A stretch of 64,000 nt of DNA, from the NCBI GenBank assembly GCA_020635435.1, contig JACJZU010000001.1, positions 361,450 to 425,449 on the forward strand, in the 5' to 3' direction. The translations under genes were made by a program, and so were the position numbers. The notes below the pieces were generated by a model. It saw only the letters and a list, made by a program, of their open reading frames with translations. It searched no databases and had not been told where the DNA came from. The DNA comes from Flavobacteriales bacterium. Its GTDB lineage: Bacteria > Bacteroidota > Bacteroidia > NS11-12g > UBA9320. Below are positions 27,441-37,510 of this stretch, piece after piece. Positions within the stretch are counted from its first letter, which is position 1. Every line of letters begins with the position of its first letter.

Positions 27441-27890
27441 ATGAGTTTGATCGATCAGGTAGGGGAACACCTCAAAGATGCCATGCGTGCCAAAGACCAG
27501 GCAAAATTGCGTACGTTGAGGGCTATCAAAGCCGAATTGCTTCTGTTGAAAACCAAAGATGCCAATGCCGAGGTAAGTGCAGACGATGAAATGGCTGCAT
27601 TGGTAAAAATGGCCAAACAACGTCGCGAATCACTCAAGATCTATCAGGAACAAGGTCGCAACGATCTTTCCCAGATCGAAGAAGAAGAACTTAGGATCAT
27701 CGAAACCTTCCTTCCAAAACAACTCTCAACCGATGAACTCAAAGCTGAATTACAAAAGATCATCGAACAAACAGGGGCATCCGGGATCCAGGATATGGGC
27801 AAGGTGATGGGGATGGCCTCATCCAAACTGAAAGGACTGGCTGAAGGGAGTGCGATCGCCTCAGCAGTTAGGGAATTGCTGTCAGCTTAG
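27441..27890 (+). CDS. yqeY: GatB/YqeY domain protein
   Basis: LKDAMRAKD..LRTLRAIKAELL, KQRRESL.IY..GR.DL...EE.EL.IIE.FLPKQLS, DMGKVMG. Confidence 0.93.
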   Translation: MSLIDQVGEHLKDAMRAKDQAKLRTLRAIKAELLLLKTKDANAEVSADDEMAALVKMAKQRRESLKIYQEQGRNDLSQIEEEELRIIETFLPKQLSTDELKAELQKIIEQTGASGIQDMGKVMGMASSKLKGLAEGSAIASAVRELLSA

Positions 27891-28055
27891 ATCCGAACTG
27901 TCGAATGTGTTCAGCAAACTGAACATTAAACACTACAGATCGAATTTAGGCTCTAGGCTCCCTGAAAAGCCCATTTACAAAGGCTTCAGACGGACGAACT
28001 GCCGTTTCAGATATAAAAATGACAACATTTACCTGATCGAAATCAGGCGTATTGT

Positions 28056-28085
28056 TTTGTGGTACGATTTTTTTAGCTATTTTTG
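28056..28085 (+). promoter_or_regulatory. Bacteroidota promoter TTTG-N18-TATTTTTG
   Basis: Both -33 and -7 elements lie upstream of the ATG at 28099. Confidence 0.6.
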
Positions 28086-28098
28086 AAAGTAACTGATT

Positions 28099-28449
28099 AT
28101 GGCAAGAGCACTACACCTTATTTTGATTGTACTTTTCATAGCCGCCTGGACTCCGGGAGTAATGGCCGATGAAAAGGACAACCCGACTGTTGAACAAAGC
28201 AGTTCGCTGAAACTTGGTCAGAATTACCCAAACCCTGCAAGTGACAAAACGTATATAGATGTTCAGTTCAATTCTGCGGAAGCCACATTAACGATCTACA
28301 ACGTGGTTGGTGAATTGATCGAGCAACAGACCATAGTCGACAAACGCATCATCCTGGATGTGTCCAATTACACCGAAGGGGTTTACCTCTACACGTTAGA
28401 AGCCGATGGTCAGAAGATCACCAAAAGGCTCACGGTTAAAAAGCATTAA
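28099..28449 (+). CDS. Small protein consisting of a signal peptide and a T9SS type-A CTD only
   Basis: Signal peptide, about 12 residues, then LGQNYPNPA..TIYNVVGE..GVYLYTLEADGQKITKRLTVKK. Confidence 0.85.
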   Translation: MARALHLILIVLFIAAWTPGVMADEKDNPTVEQSSSLKLGQNYPNPASDKTYIDVQFNSAEATLTIYNVVGELIEQQTIVDKRIILDVSNYTEGVYLYTLEADGQKITKRLTVKKH

Positions 28450-28469
28450 ATGTAAGTTTTTTCATATTG

Positions 28470-28499
28470 AAAAGCCTCGGTAAATCCGGGGCTTTTTTT
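28470..28499. terminator. Intrinsic terminator between convergent genes
   Basis: AAAAGCCTCGG-TAAAT-CCGGGGCTTTT plus a T run. Confidence 0.85.
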
Positions 28500-28518
28500 A
28501 TGCCTCATTCCGGGAGTC

Positions 28519-31482
28519 CTAACGTTCAGGATTCATACGATCCAGAATTTCTGACGCGGCTCGGCTTAAAACTGTACCCGGGCCAAAGATGAAGTCAACA
28601 CCGGATCGGTACAACTTATCGTAATCCTGCTCCGGGATCACCCCGCCAACGACCACCAATACATCATCCAATCCGAGCTCCTCCAGAGCCTTGACCAATT
28701 CGGGAACCAGCGTTTTATGGCCACCTGCCAAACTGGACACACCCACAATGTGCACGTCATTTTCCAGAGCCTGACGTGCAGCCTCGGCAGGTGTCTGGAA
28801 CAAAGGACCCAGATCCACATCAAAACCAAGGTCGGCAAAGCCGGTCGCAATCACACGGGCCCCGCGGTCATGACCATCCTGACCCATCTTCACGACCAAC
28901 ATACGCGGACGTCTGCCTGTTCTGGCTGCAAAAGCATCTGATTTCTTACGAGCTTCCTCAAATTCAATATTCTCCTTCATGCGTTCGCTATAAACACCAC
29001 TAATACTTTGATTGGAAGCTTGATATCTTCCCCATCTTTCCACAAGCGCCTCAGATATCTCACCCAGCGTAGCCCGAACCCGGGCAGCCTCAACCGCCTT
29101 TTCCAGGAGGTTTCCGGAGCCATCAGCGGCATCCTGAAGGGATTTGAGTGCTTTTTGAACCGCAAATTCATCCCGTTTTGAGCGAATTTCCTCCAACCGC
29201 TTGACCTGAGCATCCCGAACCGCACTGTTGTCGATATCCAATATGTCGATCTCCGTTTTGGTCGAACTTCGAAATGCATTCAACCCGATGATCTTATCCT
29301 TTCCACTGTCGATCCCCGCCTGCTTTCGGGCTGCTGCCTCTTCGATACGCATCTTGGGAATACCTGCCTCTATGGCCCGTGCCATGCCTCCGGCTTCTTC
29401 GATCTCCTTCATCAATTCCGACGCCTGTACGATCAACTCTCCCGTGAGATATTCGATGAGGTAGCTCCCCCCCCAGGGATCCACAAAATCGCATATGCCG
29501 GTTTCCTTCTGCAAATAGATCTGCGTTTCGCGGGCGATCCGGGCACTAAAATCTGTAGGAAGGGCGATGGCCTCATCCAGCGAATTGGTGTGAAGGGATT
29601 GCGTTCCACCCATAACAGCAGCCAAGGCCTCAATACAGGTTCTTGCCACATTATTAAAGGGATCTTGCTCCGTTAAACTCCATCCACTGGTTTGGCAATG
29701 TGTGCGCAAAGCCATCGATTTCGGGTTCCGCGGATTGAAATCTCGGATGATCGACGCCCATAAAACCCGGGCGGCGCGCATTTTTGCTATTTCCAGGTAA
29801 TGGTTCATTCCAATTCCCCAGAAAAAGGACAGTCGTGGAGCAAAATCGTCGATGGCCAGACCCGATTCCAGTCCGGTCCGCACATACTCCAGTCCATCCG
29901 CCAGCGTATATGCCAATTCAATGGCAGTAGACGCACCCGCCTCTTGCATATGGTAACCGCTTATGCTGATCGAATTGAAACGCGGCATATGCGCAGAGGT
30001 ATATTTAAATATGTCACTGATGATACGCATGGAAGGTGCCGGAGGATAGATATAGGTGTTGCGCACCATGAATTCCTTGAGTATGTCGTTCTGTATGGTT
30101 CCGCTCAGCTGAGCCGGTGTAACACCCTGTTCTTCGGCAGCAACTATGTAAAAGGCCATAATGGGCAGCACTGCACCATTCATGGTCATGGAAACAGACA
30201 TTTTATCCAATGGAATGCCATCGAAGAGCATTTTCATGTCTTCTACAGAATCGATAGCAACCCCGGCCATTCCCACATCTCCTCGCACCCGCTCGTGATC
30301 ACTATCGTATCCCCGATGCGTGGCCAGATCGAAGGCCACTGAAAGTCCCTTTTGACCTGCGGCTAGATTTCGCCTGTAGAAGGCATTCGATTCTTCTGCA
30401 GTGCTGAATCCGGCATACTGTCGGATCGTCCACGGACGTACACTGTACATCGAAGCATACGGACCGCGTAAATAAGGTTCAATCCCCGCCGAATAATTGT
30501 AAAGTTCCTTTTGGGTTACGTCCTCATCAAGTGCTCTTTGGGGAAATGGAATGCCCTCCGGACTCGTATAAACCGGATTACGTTCATCTCGGAGACTACC
30601 ACCTGAAGCAGACCTGAGCTCCTCAGGAAGCAGTTGATCCATGAGATGACCGATCGCAAAGGATCCGGCCATCGCATCACGTACCGAATCCAAATGGCTC
30701 TCGCACCGGAGCAGATTCGAAATATTGCGCGACCATCGCAACGCGTTTTCGGAACGACTACCATCGTAGGTTTCAACGTAGATCGCATCGGCTCCACCGA
30801 GGATCGCCGAAACGAACTGAGTGGTAAGTCGCAAGAGATTGGTGTGATCTTCCGTATTGCCGGCAGGTACTTCAAGTTTGGCGGTTATAAATGGAACTGA
30901 GCCATTGCCGATATGCTCAAGGGTAATTCTTAAGCTGCGAAGCCGGGCAATACTTCCAAGGAGATCAGTGCTCAACAAAACCTCCATGTTGAGGTCATCA
31001 GGTCGGATCATTGCCCCATATCCCGCAAGCTCCTCCGACAATCCGGTCAGATATACCCGATCAATACCGATTGCTTCAAGCTTCAGACAAAATCGTCTGA
31101 AAGCCGAGACAGTAAGATCGGATGTCTTTGCCTCGTGCAGCGGAATATTCGCCAGAGAGCGCACATCCTTAAGTTCACGTGATCCCGAACCGTAAACCGG
31201 TATACCTGCCACATACACATCCGAAGCCACAAGATCCACTCCTTCCAAATTCTCCGGATCTGCAGCGAATGCAGCATCGAAGGGTACTATGAGTTTCCAA
31301 TCCCGAGGTGCGGTTGCAGGAATTGGGTGAAACGTTACATTCTCCGAATTGCAGATCGGTTCCCGAACCAATCCATCGATCTTTCGAATCAGATCTGTAT
31401 AACTCCCGGAACCCAGTTCTTCCTCAAGCCTGTGTATCCACTCCTTCCTAGATGTACTTTCAAATTCAAGAGCTGATTGCAT
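28519..31482 (-). CDS. scpA: Methylmalonyl-CoA mutase with a degenerate MutA-like N-terminal part fused to the complete catalytic B12-binding subunit
   Basis: [62 protein letters not shown] (DxHxxG), SSLAGGH. N-terminal [28 protein letters not shown] resemble MutA. ATG at 31482 preferred. Confidence 0.92.
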   Translation of the reverse strand: MQSALEFESTSRKEWIHRLEEELGSGSYTDLIRKIDGLVREPICNSENVTFHPIPATAPRDWKLIVPFDAAFAADPENLEGVDLVASDVYVAGIPVYGSGSRELKDVRSLANIPLHEAKTSDLTVSAFRRFCLKLEAIGIDRVYLTGLSEELAGYGAMIRPDDLNMEVLLSTDLLGSIARLRSLRITLEHIGNGSVPFITAKLEVPAGNTEDHTNLLRLTTQFVSAILGGADAIYVETYDGSRSENALRWSRNISNLLRCESHLDSVRDAMAGSFAIGHLMDQLLPEELRSASGGSLRDERNPVYTSPEGIPFPQRALDEDVTQKELYNYSAGIEPYLRGPYASMYSVRPWTIRQYAGFSTAEESNAFYRRNLAAGQKGLSVAFDLATHRGYDSDHERVRGDVGMAGVAIDSVEDMKMLFDGIPLDKMSVSMTMNGAVLPIMAFYIVAAEEQGVTPAQLSGTIQNDILKEFMVRNTYIYPPAPSMRIISDIFKYTSAHMPRFNSISISGYHMQEAGASTAIELAYTLADGLEYVRTGLESGLAIDDFAPRLSFFWGIGMNHYLEIAKMRAARVLWASIIRDFNPRNPKSMALRTHCQTSGWSLTEQDPFNNVARTCIEALAAVMGGTQSLHTNSLDEAIALPTDFSARIARETQIYLQKETGICDFVDPWGGSYLIEYLTGELIVQASELMKEIEEAGGMARAIEAGIPKMRIEEAAARKQAGIDSGKDKIIGLNAFRSSTKTEIDILDIDNSAVRDAQVKRLEEIRSKRDEFAVQKALKSLQDAADGSGNLLEKAVEAARVRATLGEISEALVERWGRYQASNQSISGVYSERMKENIEFEEARKKSDAFAARTGRRPRMLVVKMGQDGHDRGARVIATGFADLGFDVDLGPLFQTPAEAARQALENDVHIVGVSSLAGGHKTLVPELVKALEELGLDDVLVVVGGVIPEQDYDKLYRSGVDFIFGPGTVLSRAASEILDRMNPER

Positions 31483-31596
31483 ACCGCACAAATTTATTCC
31501 AATTGACCTAACCCCCTTTATCCATTTGACGGGGACGATCGATTCCAAATTAATAGACCCTATGTCCTCCATAAGCAACACGTATGGTTACAGCCA

Positions 31597-31604
31597 TATA
31601 TTTG
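31597..31604 (+). promoter_or_regulatory. -7 element TATATTTG, 5 nt before the ATG at 31610
   Basis: Exact TAnnTTTG match. Confidence 0.55.
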
Positions 31605-31609
31605 CGGCC

Positions 31610-32389
31610 ATGATCAACGGACAATATAATTTTCTGGAGGTACGCTATGAAAGCGACATCTGCTACATCTGCATAAACCGGCCGGAAAAGATGAATGCAC
31701 TGAACATCACGCTCCTTCAGGAGATCCGTGAGGCCGCCTTAGATGCTCGCACAAAAGCACATGGGATCATATTATTTGGCAGCGGTACGAAGGCCTTTGC
31801 AGCCGGGGCCGACATCGCCGAATTTGCAGATTTCAATGCAGAACAAGGTAAAGCGATGAGTTCCGGAGGGCATGATGTGATGGACACGCTGGAACAGTCG
31901 CCCATCCCGGTGATCGCGGCTATCAATGGCTTTGCGCTTGGTGGGGGTTGCGAATTGGCCATGGCCTGCCATCTCCGCGTTGCAACTGCAAGTTCAAAAT
32001 TTGGTCAACCCGAGGTGAATCTCGGTTTGGTTCCGGGCTATGGGGGAACTCAAAGATTGCCCCTGCTCATTGGTCGATCCAAAGGCCTTGAACTTCTGTT
32101 AACCGGGGATATGATAGGTGCCGAAGAAGCTGAGCGACTTGGATTGATAAATGCGGTGGTGGATGAAGCAGATCTGTTACCGACCTGTGAGAAACTGATC
32201 CGCAAGATCGCCGCCAAATCGCCCAATGCCATCGCCAAAACGATCGCCTTGGTCAATGATCTGTACAAGGATGGTGTAAATGGGATGGAAAGCGAGCAGG
32301 AGGCTTTCGGGGACTGCTTCAATTCGGAGGAGTTCAGAGAGGGGACCGATGCATTCCTGAATAAGCGCAAAGCCGATTTTAGGAAATAA
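31610..32389 (+). CDS. Enoyl-CoA hydratase/isomerase (crotonase family)
   Basis: INRPEKMNALN, AFAAGADI, AINGFALGGGCELAMACH, GQPEVNLG..PGYGGTQRL. Confidence 0.95.
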   Translation: MINGQYNFLEVRYESDICYICINRPEKMNALNITLLQEIREAALDARTKAHGIILFGSGTKAFAAGADIAEFADFNAEQGKAMSSGGHDVMDTLEQSPIPVIAAINGFALGGGCELAMACHLRVATASSKFGQPEVNLGLVPGYGGTQRLPLLIGRSKGLELLLTGDMIGAEEAERLGLINAVVDEADLLPTCEKLIRKIAAKSPNAIAKTIALVNDLYKDGVNGMESEQEAFGDCFNSEEFREGTDAFLNKRKADFRK

Positions 32390-32417
32390 CCCTGACAACT
32401 CTTCTTTTGGCACAGGG

Positions 32418-32449
32418 TTTGTTTCTAACAGAACGAACAAGTAAATTTG
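32418..32449 (+). promoter_or_regulatory. Bacteroidota promoter TTTG-N20-TAAATTTG
   Basis: Full consensus spacing upstream of the ATG at 32469. Confidence 0.7.
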
Positions 32450-32468
32450 AAACTCAATAAAAAAAATT

Positions 32469-32924
32469 ATGAAACGTACATTTTTAACTCTTTTAGTCGC
32501 CATTGCATTTGCAGGTTCAGGTTTTGCTCAGGATGGAGAGAAAAAGACCATATCCCTTAACCAGGCTGATGGTGCTAAAATCCAGTTCGAAAAAACCCAA
32601 CACGATTTCGGAACGATCAAAGAAGGAACGCAGGCTACAGTGAGCTTCATGTTCACCAACACAGGTAGTACTCCGCTCGTGCTGAATTCAGTACAGGCTT
32701 CTTGTGGTTGTACTACTCCAAAATGGACCAAAGAACCGATCGCTCCAGGAGCAACTGGTGAAGTAACGGCCATCTACAATTCCAAAGGACGACCAGGTAA
32801 CTTCACAAAAACCATTACTGTTAAGCACAATGGTGAAGGTGCGGTTGAATACCTCACGATCCGTGGTTTTGTTGACAAAGCTGAAACTCCTCCGACTTCT
32901 CCGGTTATGACTCCGGAAAAATAA
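32469..32924 (+). CDS. DUF1573 domain protein
   Basis: HDFGTIKEG..FMFTNTGSTPLVL..VQASCGCT.P.W.KEPIAPG. Confidence 0.95.
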   Translation: MKRTFLTLLVAIAFAGSGFAQDGEKKTISLNQADGAKIQFEKTQHDFGTIKEGTQATVSFMFTNTGSTPLVLNSVQASCGCTTPKWTKEPIAPGATGEVTAIYNSKGRPGNFTKTITVKHNGEGAVEYLTIRGFVDKAETPPTSPVMTPEK

Positions 32925-32945
32925 TTCGGATACGATATTAGACAG

Positions 32946-32974
32946 AAAAGGCATCCCATTGTGGATGCCTTTTT
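32946..32974. terminator. Bidirectional intrinsic terminator
   Basis: AAAAGGCATCC-CATTGT-GGATGCCTTTT. Confidence 0.88.
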
Positions 32975-32983
32975 CATTTCCCT

Positions 32984-33862
32984 TCAAGCTTGCGTTCGAT
33001 CCGACAGCAGTCCGGTTAACCCACCACTATGCAGGGCGAGTACCCGGTCTCCGGCAAATAAACCGGACTCCCGCATTTGTGGAATGGCCATGATCATTTT
33101 TCCGGTGTATACGGGATCGAGCAGAATCCCGGTTGAACGGCTAAATCGTCTCATTTCTTCAAGCAGTTGCGGATCCGATTTCCCAAACCCTTTTCTGCAG
33201 AACGCTTCGTGAAGGATCCAGTTGTCCGGATCATCCGGACAATTTGCCCGAATGAAATCCTCCAAATACCCCGCACCTCGCATCACTGCAATCCCGTGAA
33301 CGCGGATCTTTGGTGCAAATGAGCGAATCAATCCGCAGAATGTGGTTGCGGTTCCAACTGCGCAAACTATGTCCGTAATACCGAGTTGCGCCGGCTCATC
33401 GTCGAATATCTCTTCACAACCAAGTATTCCTTCCCAGTTTGCGCCACCTTCAGGAACAACCAGGTATCCGGGGATATGGTCGGACTTGACGGCCTCCTTC
33501 TTCGCACGGTAATCCTCCCTTGTTAGAAACCGCAGTTCCATGCCGAATTCGTCGCATAGGCGCAAGACGAAATTGCTATCCTCCTTCAATTCGTCACCCC
33601 GGACAAAGCCTATGGACCTGAGGCCGGCGCAGGCACAGGCGCAGGCAACAGCGATGAGATGATTGGAATAGGCTCCTCCGAACGTGCATATCCCGGAGAA
33701 TCCTTGCTCCCTGGCTGCAAGTATGTTATATTTCAACTTCCGCCATTTGTTCCCGGATATGAACGGGTGAATAAGGTCGTCCCTTTTCAGGTATACCGGG
33801 AAGCCGAAATAATCGTGAAGCCCCTGTATGGGCGTGTTCAGGTCGAACACGGACTCATTCAT
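32984..33862 (-). CDS. ACC deaminase / D-cysteine desulfhydrase family PLP enzyme
   Basis: LKRDDLIHPFISGNKWRKLKYN, TFGGAYSNHL, VPEGGAN, LDPVYTGK, HSGGLTG. Confidence 0.92.
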   Translation of the reverse strand: MNESVFDLNTPIQGLHDYFGFPVYLKRDDLIHPFISGNKWRKLKYNILAAREQGFSGICTFGGAYSNHLIAVACACACAGLRSIGFVRGDELKEDSNFVLRLCDEFGMELRFLTREDYRAKKEAVKSDHIPGYLVVPEGGANWEGILGCEEIFDDEPAQLGITDIVCAVGTATTFCGLIRSFAPKIRVHGIAVMRGAGYLEDFIRANCPDDPDNWILHEAFCRKGFGKSDPQLLEEMRRFSRSTGILLDPVYTGKMIMAIPQMRESGLFAGDRVLALHSGGLTGLLSDRTQA

Positions 33863-34526
33863 AGAATACGGCGATATCGGCCAGCGCCTTACGGTGGATA
33901 TCGGGAACTACTGCACCCTCAGCCGGGTAGCCAACCGGCAGTAACAGGAATGCCTTTTCATTCTCTGGTCGTTGCAGCAATTCAGCCAGAAAATTCATAG
34001 GACTTGGGGTATGGGTCAAGGTCACCAAACCCGCCTGATGTATGGCTGCAATGAGAAATCCCGCTGCGATACCGACTGATTCCTGAACATAGTAGTTCTT
34101 CGTCCTCTCGCCATCGTTGACATCGTAGATCTTGCGAAAGATAACGATCAACCAGGGTGCGGTTTCGAGAAATGGCTTGTGCCAATCGGTTCCAAATGCC
34201 TCAAGATCCTTGAGCCATGCATCCCCCATTCTTCCGTGATAGTTATCGTACTCCTCCTTCTCTGCGGCTTCTCTGATCTTCTTTTTCAAAACGGGATCGG
34301 AGATCGCGCAGAAAGTCCAGGGCTGCTTGTTCGCACCGGAAGGCGCCGTACCTGCTGTACGGATCAATTGTTCGATCGTTCGTCGACTGACCGGCGCGTC
34401 GGAGAACTCCCGGATACTCCGTCTACGGAAATATTTCTGATAGATCCTGTACGCCGAGCGCTCCACACTTCGCGATGTGCGATACTGAAACAGGAGCGGA
34501 AGAAATTTCAAGAGTGCATTTCCCAC
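33855..34526 (-). CDS. Nitroreductase-superfamily flavoprotein, iodotyrosine deiodinase-like
   Basis: RRSIREFS, AGTAPSGANKQPWTF, EEYDNYHGRM..W..DL...GTDWHKPFLETAP, ESVGIAAG, LVTLTHTP. Confidence 0.85.
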   Translation of the reverse strand: MGNALLKFLPLLFQYRTSRSVERSAYRIYQKYFRRRSIREFSDAPVSRRTIEQLIRTAGTAPSGANKQPWTFCAISDPVLKKKIREAAEKEEYDNYHGRMGDAWLKDLEAFGTDWHKPFLETAPWLIVIFRKIYDVNDGERTKNYYVQESVGIAAGFLIAAIHQAGLVTLTHTPSPMNFLAELLQRPENEKAFLLLPVGYPAEGAVVPDIHRKALADIAVFYE

Positions 34527-34542
34527 GGATTAAATATCACAA

Positions 34543-34956
34543 TTATTTATCGATCCAAACGCGATCCTGGCCCTTGAATTCGGGAGCCTGCACGCTTACG
34601 ACCTTCAGGGCCTTCCCCGAAAGGGTGCGAACGGAATGCGGTGTATTCACCGGAATGAGGATCAGGTCGCCTTTGCTGATGGTTCTGGTCTCGTCCCCGA
34701 TCTGCATGATGGCTTTCCCTTCAAGTACCACAATGGTTTCGGTGTGGTATTCATGCTTATGTAGTTTAACCTCTTTCTTTACCCATATCAGGAAGGTGCT
34801 CGACCGCTCGTCGCTGTGTATGCGCTCCACGTGGATGTTGTCGTAATCTTGAGGAGCTGTGCGTTTGGCACCGTCCCATACATCGGTCTGCGCTTTCAAA
34901 CCCAAACCGGTGAAAGAAAGGCAAAGCAGAACGGTCAGTCGTACAAATGCGGACAT
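34543..34956 (-). CDS. Exported cupin-domain protein
   Basis: LHKHEYHTE..VLEG..GDLILIP.NTPH metal-binding motif; signal peptide from the ATG at 34956, which overlaps the upstream stop (TAATG). Confidence 0.85.
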   Translation of the reverse strand: MSAFVRLTVLLCLSFTGLGLKAQTDVWDGAKRTAPQDYDNIHVERIHSDERSSTFLIWVKKEVKLHKHEYHTETIVVLEGKAIMQIGDETRTISKGDLILIPVNTPHSVRTLSGKALKVVSVQAPEFKGQDRVWIDK

Positions 34957-37373
34957 TAAAAGTCGATCTTGTAGTAGAATACCGGAAGGAATCCCAACTG
35001 GCACTCTTCAGCAAATATCTTATTTCCGGGGTTTTCAGGGTCATCGAAATAACTTATGGTCAACACATTTTGAATGTTGAGCACGTTCACCAGATCGAGC
35101 GAGATCTCATGCGTGGCCTTTTTACCATTGATCTTATAACCGAACTTGAGATCCCAACGCATATAATCCTTGAACTGAAGGGTGTTGCGGAGTTCATTGC
35201 TGAATATCACATTCGCGCCGTCGGCAATAGTGGCTGCCGTGTCGATCGGCGAATACCTGCGACCACCTCCCCGGGTGAATTTCGTACCGAGGATCAAACT
35301 GTTCTTCCCACCCTCGCCTAAAGGCAATTCATACCCGAGGAGCGCGTTCACGATGTAATTCCCATTGAAATCCGTTTCGCGTTGTTCGCCATCGCTTCCG
35401 GTATACTCAGAGTCGAACAGCGATGCCGTGAACAGATAAAAGAATCGGTTGCTGAAGAACTTCTCTACAGTGATCTCTGTCCCGTAATTGATCCCTGTAC
35501 CCGTATTCTCGAGCACATCCGGGAAGAAACGCACAAAACCCGACCCTTGATTCAGGAGTGAAAAGGAAGTCCCTCTGGCTTCTACGGGCACATTGTAAAG
35601 ATTCTGGAAATACCATTCGGAACGGATACGCATATTCCGAGAATTGGTGCGCTCATACGAAAGCACAAAATGGTGACTTTTGGTGAGACCCATGTTCCGG
35701 TTATGCATACCGAATGTTTTGGAGATGGAATCGACGAACTGAGCGTAATAAACATAGGTGGGCTGCGCCTGGCTGTGATTTCCGTAGGCAAAGGCCCATC
35801 GTTCCATCGGGGTGCGTTTCCATGTGAAGCCGATGCGCGGTTCAAGACTGAATTCATCGCCGAATTGAGTGTAGATCGCATGGAGTCCGGACTGCATGGT
35901 AACCGTACTGCTCAATTTATATTTCCAGTTGATATATCCGCGGAGCATCGCCGGATGATCGGTGGCATTCACCTGTTCCACCCACTGAAAAGTGCGTTCG
36001 TTTCGCGTGCTGTCTAAAAAATTGATATTGTAGAGATCGGCCATAAGACCGGTTTTGATCGAAGACCTCCAATTGAATTTCTTGTTCAGAAAGGAATGCA
36101 CGGAAGTTTTACTTTGGGTGAAGTTCATTCTCAATACCGGCAAGAGCGACACATTGGTATATTCTTCCGGATCTCTGAATATTTTGTTGTGTTTGGACCG
36201 GACCTCTTGGGCATTGAATGCCACGGTGGTATACCAGGATGCATCTCCTTTTAAATGTCGGCGGTAGGTCGCACCGAGCAAACCCATACTCGTTCGGAAG
36301 TACTGATCCCTGTCCTTCAATCCATAGAGTTCTTCAGTTGGGGCTTCGTCGTCGCTGAAAACGATATCAATTGAACTCATACCTCCGAGGCCGAAGAGCG
36401 AGAAGCCACCTTTTTTGTTAGGGAAATTCAGCTTGAATGATGCATCCTGATAGATCGGATTCGCGTCTGTTCCCAGAGAAATGCCCAAGGCTTGGAAGAT
36501 GCCGAAAGTAGCGTATCGATAGTTAACCAAATAGGAAGATCTCTTCTCTTTATTGATGGGTCCTTCAGCTAACAATTCCGTTCCAAATAGTCCGAATTGT
36601 GCCGAGTATTCCGGCTTGTTGTAGTTACCGTTTCGCATACTCAGGTCAAAAACTCCCGCCACCCCATTTCCGTACTCCGCAGGAAAAGCGCCCGTCAGAA
36701 AATCGGAATTACCGATAACCTTGTTATTGATCATGCTGATCGGTCCTCCCGTTGTTCCGGCAATTGCAAAATGGTTCGGATTGAAGATATCGATGCCCTC
36801 GAAACGCCAAAGCAGACCGAGTGGAGAATTCCCTCTTACCACAATGTCGTTTCGCTGATCGTCCGTACCCTGAACACCTGCAAAGTTCTGAGCCATCCTT
36901 GCCGGATCCTGTCTGCTACCGGGATAGCGTTCGGCTTCCTCCGCATCAAAACTGCGGCTGCTCACCGTTACCAGATCGTTGTTCGACGAGGCCTTATCCT
37001 TTGCCCGCACCACCGCCTCCAGCAATACGTTCTCGGCTTCTGAAAGCACCACGCGCAAGGCGGATTGTTTCCCGCTTGTAACGATCACGTTGCTGATCGT
37101 ACTGGGTTGATACCCCACAAATTCGAACTTGACGTTATGACGGCCGATCGGGATATTGTTCAATTCGAAATAGCCCGACTCATCGGTGATGGTTCCTGTC
37201 ACATTTCCCGCCACCTCGATGGTGACGGTTACGCCTTCCAAAGGCTCTTTTGAATCGGCATCGAAAACCTGACCGATAACGGTTTGAACCGACTGCCCCA
37301 TTGTTTGTGAGAAAGAGGCGAACAGTGCCAATGTCAAAACCACTAAATTGAAAAGAGCGTATTTAGTTTTCAT
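34956..37373 (-). CDS. TonB-dependent receptor (not SusC type) with N-terminal carboxypeptidase-like domain
   Basis: VIGQVFDADSKEPLEGVTV, plug DPARMAQNFAGV..RNDIVVRGNSP, barrel ending FYYKIDF. ATG at 37373 preferred. Confidence 0.92.
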   Translation of the reverse strand: MKTKYALFNLVVLTLALFASFSQTMGQSVQTVIGQVFDADSKEPLEGVTVTIEVAGNVTGTITDESGYFELNNIPIGRHNVKFEFVGYQPSTISNVIVTSGKQSALRVVLSEAENVLLEAVVRAKDKASSNNDLVTVSSRSFDAEEAERYPGSRQDPARMAQNFAGVQGTDDQRNDIVVRGNSPLGLLWRFEGIDIFNPNHFAIAGTTGGPISMINNKVIGNSDFLTGAFPAEYGNGVAGVFDLSMRNGNYNKPEYSAQFGLFGTELLAEGPINKEKRSSYLVNYRYATFGIFQALGISLGTDANPIYQDASFKLNFPNKKGGFSLFGLGGMSSIDIVFSDDEAPTEELYGLKDRDQYFRTSMGLLGATYRRHLKGDASWYTTVAFNAQEVRSKHNKIFRDPEEYTNVSLLPVLRMNFTQSKTSVHSFLNKKFNWRSSIKTGLMADLYNINFLDSTRNERTFQWVEQVNATDHPAMLRGYINWKYKLSSTVTMQSGLHAIYTQFGDEFSLEPRIGFTWKRTPMERWAFAYGNHSQAQPTYVYYAQFVDSISKTFGMHNRNMGLTKSHHFVLSYERTNSRNMRIRSEWYFQNLYNVPVEARGTSFSLLNQGSGFVRFFPDVLENTGTGINYGTEITVEKFFSNRFFYLFTASLFDSEYTGSDGEQRETDFNGNYIVNALLGYELPLGEGGKNSLILGTKFTRGGGRRYSPIDTAATIADGANVIFSNELRNTLQFKDYMRWDLKFGYKINGKKATHEISLDLVNVLNIQNVLTISYFDDPENPGNKIFAEECQLGFLPVFYYKIDF

Positions 37374-37510
37374 AGGAATAAGTTCAATTGGTTTTCCAAA
37401 AGTATGAAGGACTTTATGAGATGTTGTATTTATCGGAATTGTTAAATTTATGGTTTCGTCAAACGTTCGTCCATTTGCTCGGGGAGCTATTGCTATTTTT
37501 GCAACTCCTG

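Noticed and set aside
31482-31610. Cobalamin riboswitch upstream of the B12-dependent mutase, or upstream of the TBDR at 37373-37511
   Set aside because: Both intergenic gaps are under 140 nt, and I found no B12-box or riboswitch core.
34956-37373. TBDR as the missing SusC of the glucan locus
   Set aside because: It lies 13.6 kb from the locus, has no SusD neighbour, lacks SusC-type signatures and has no copy of the operator upstream.
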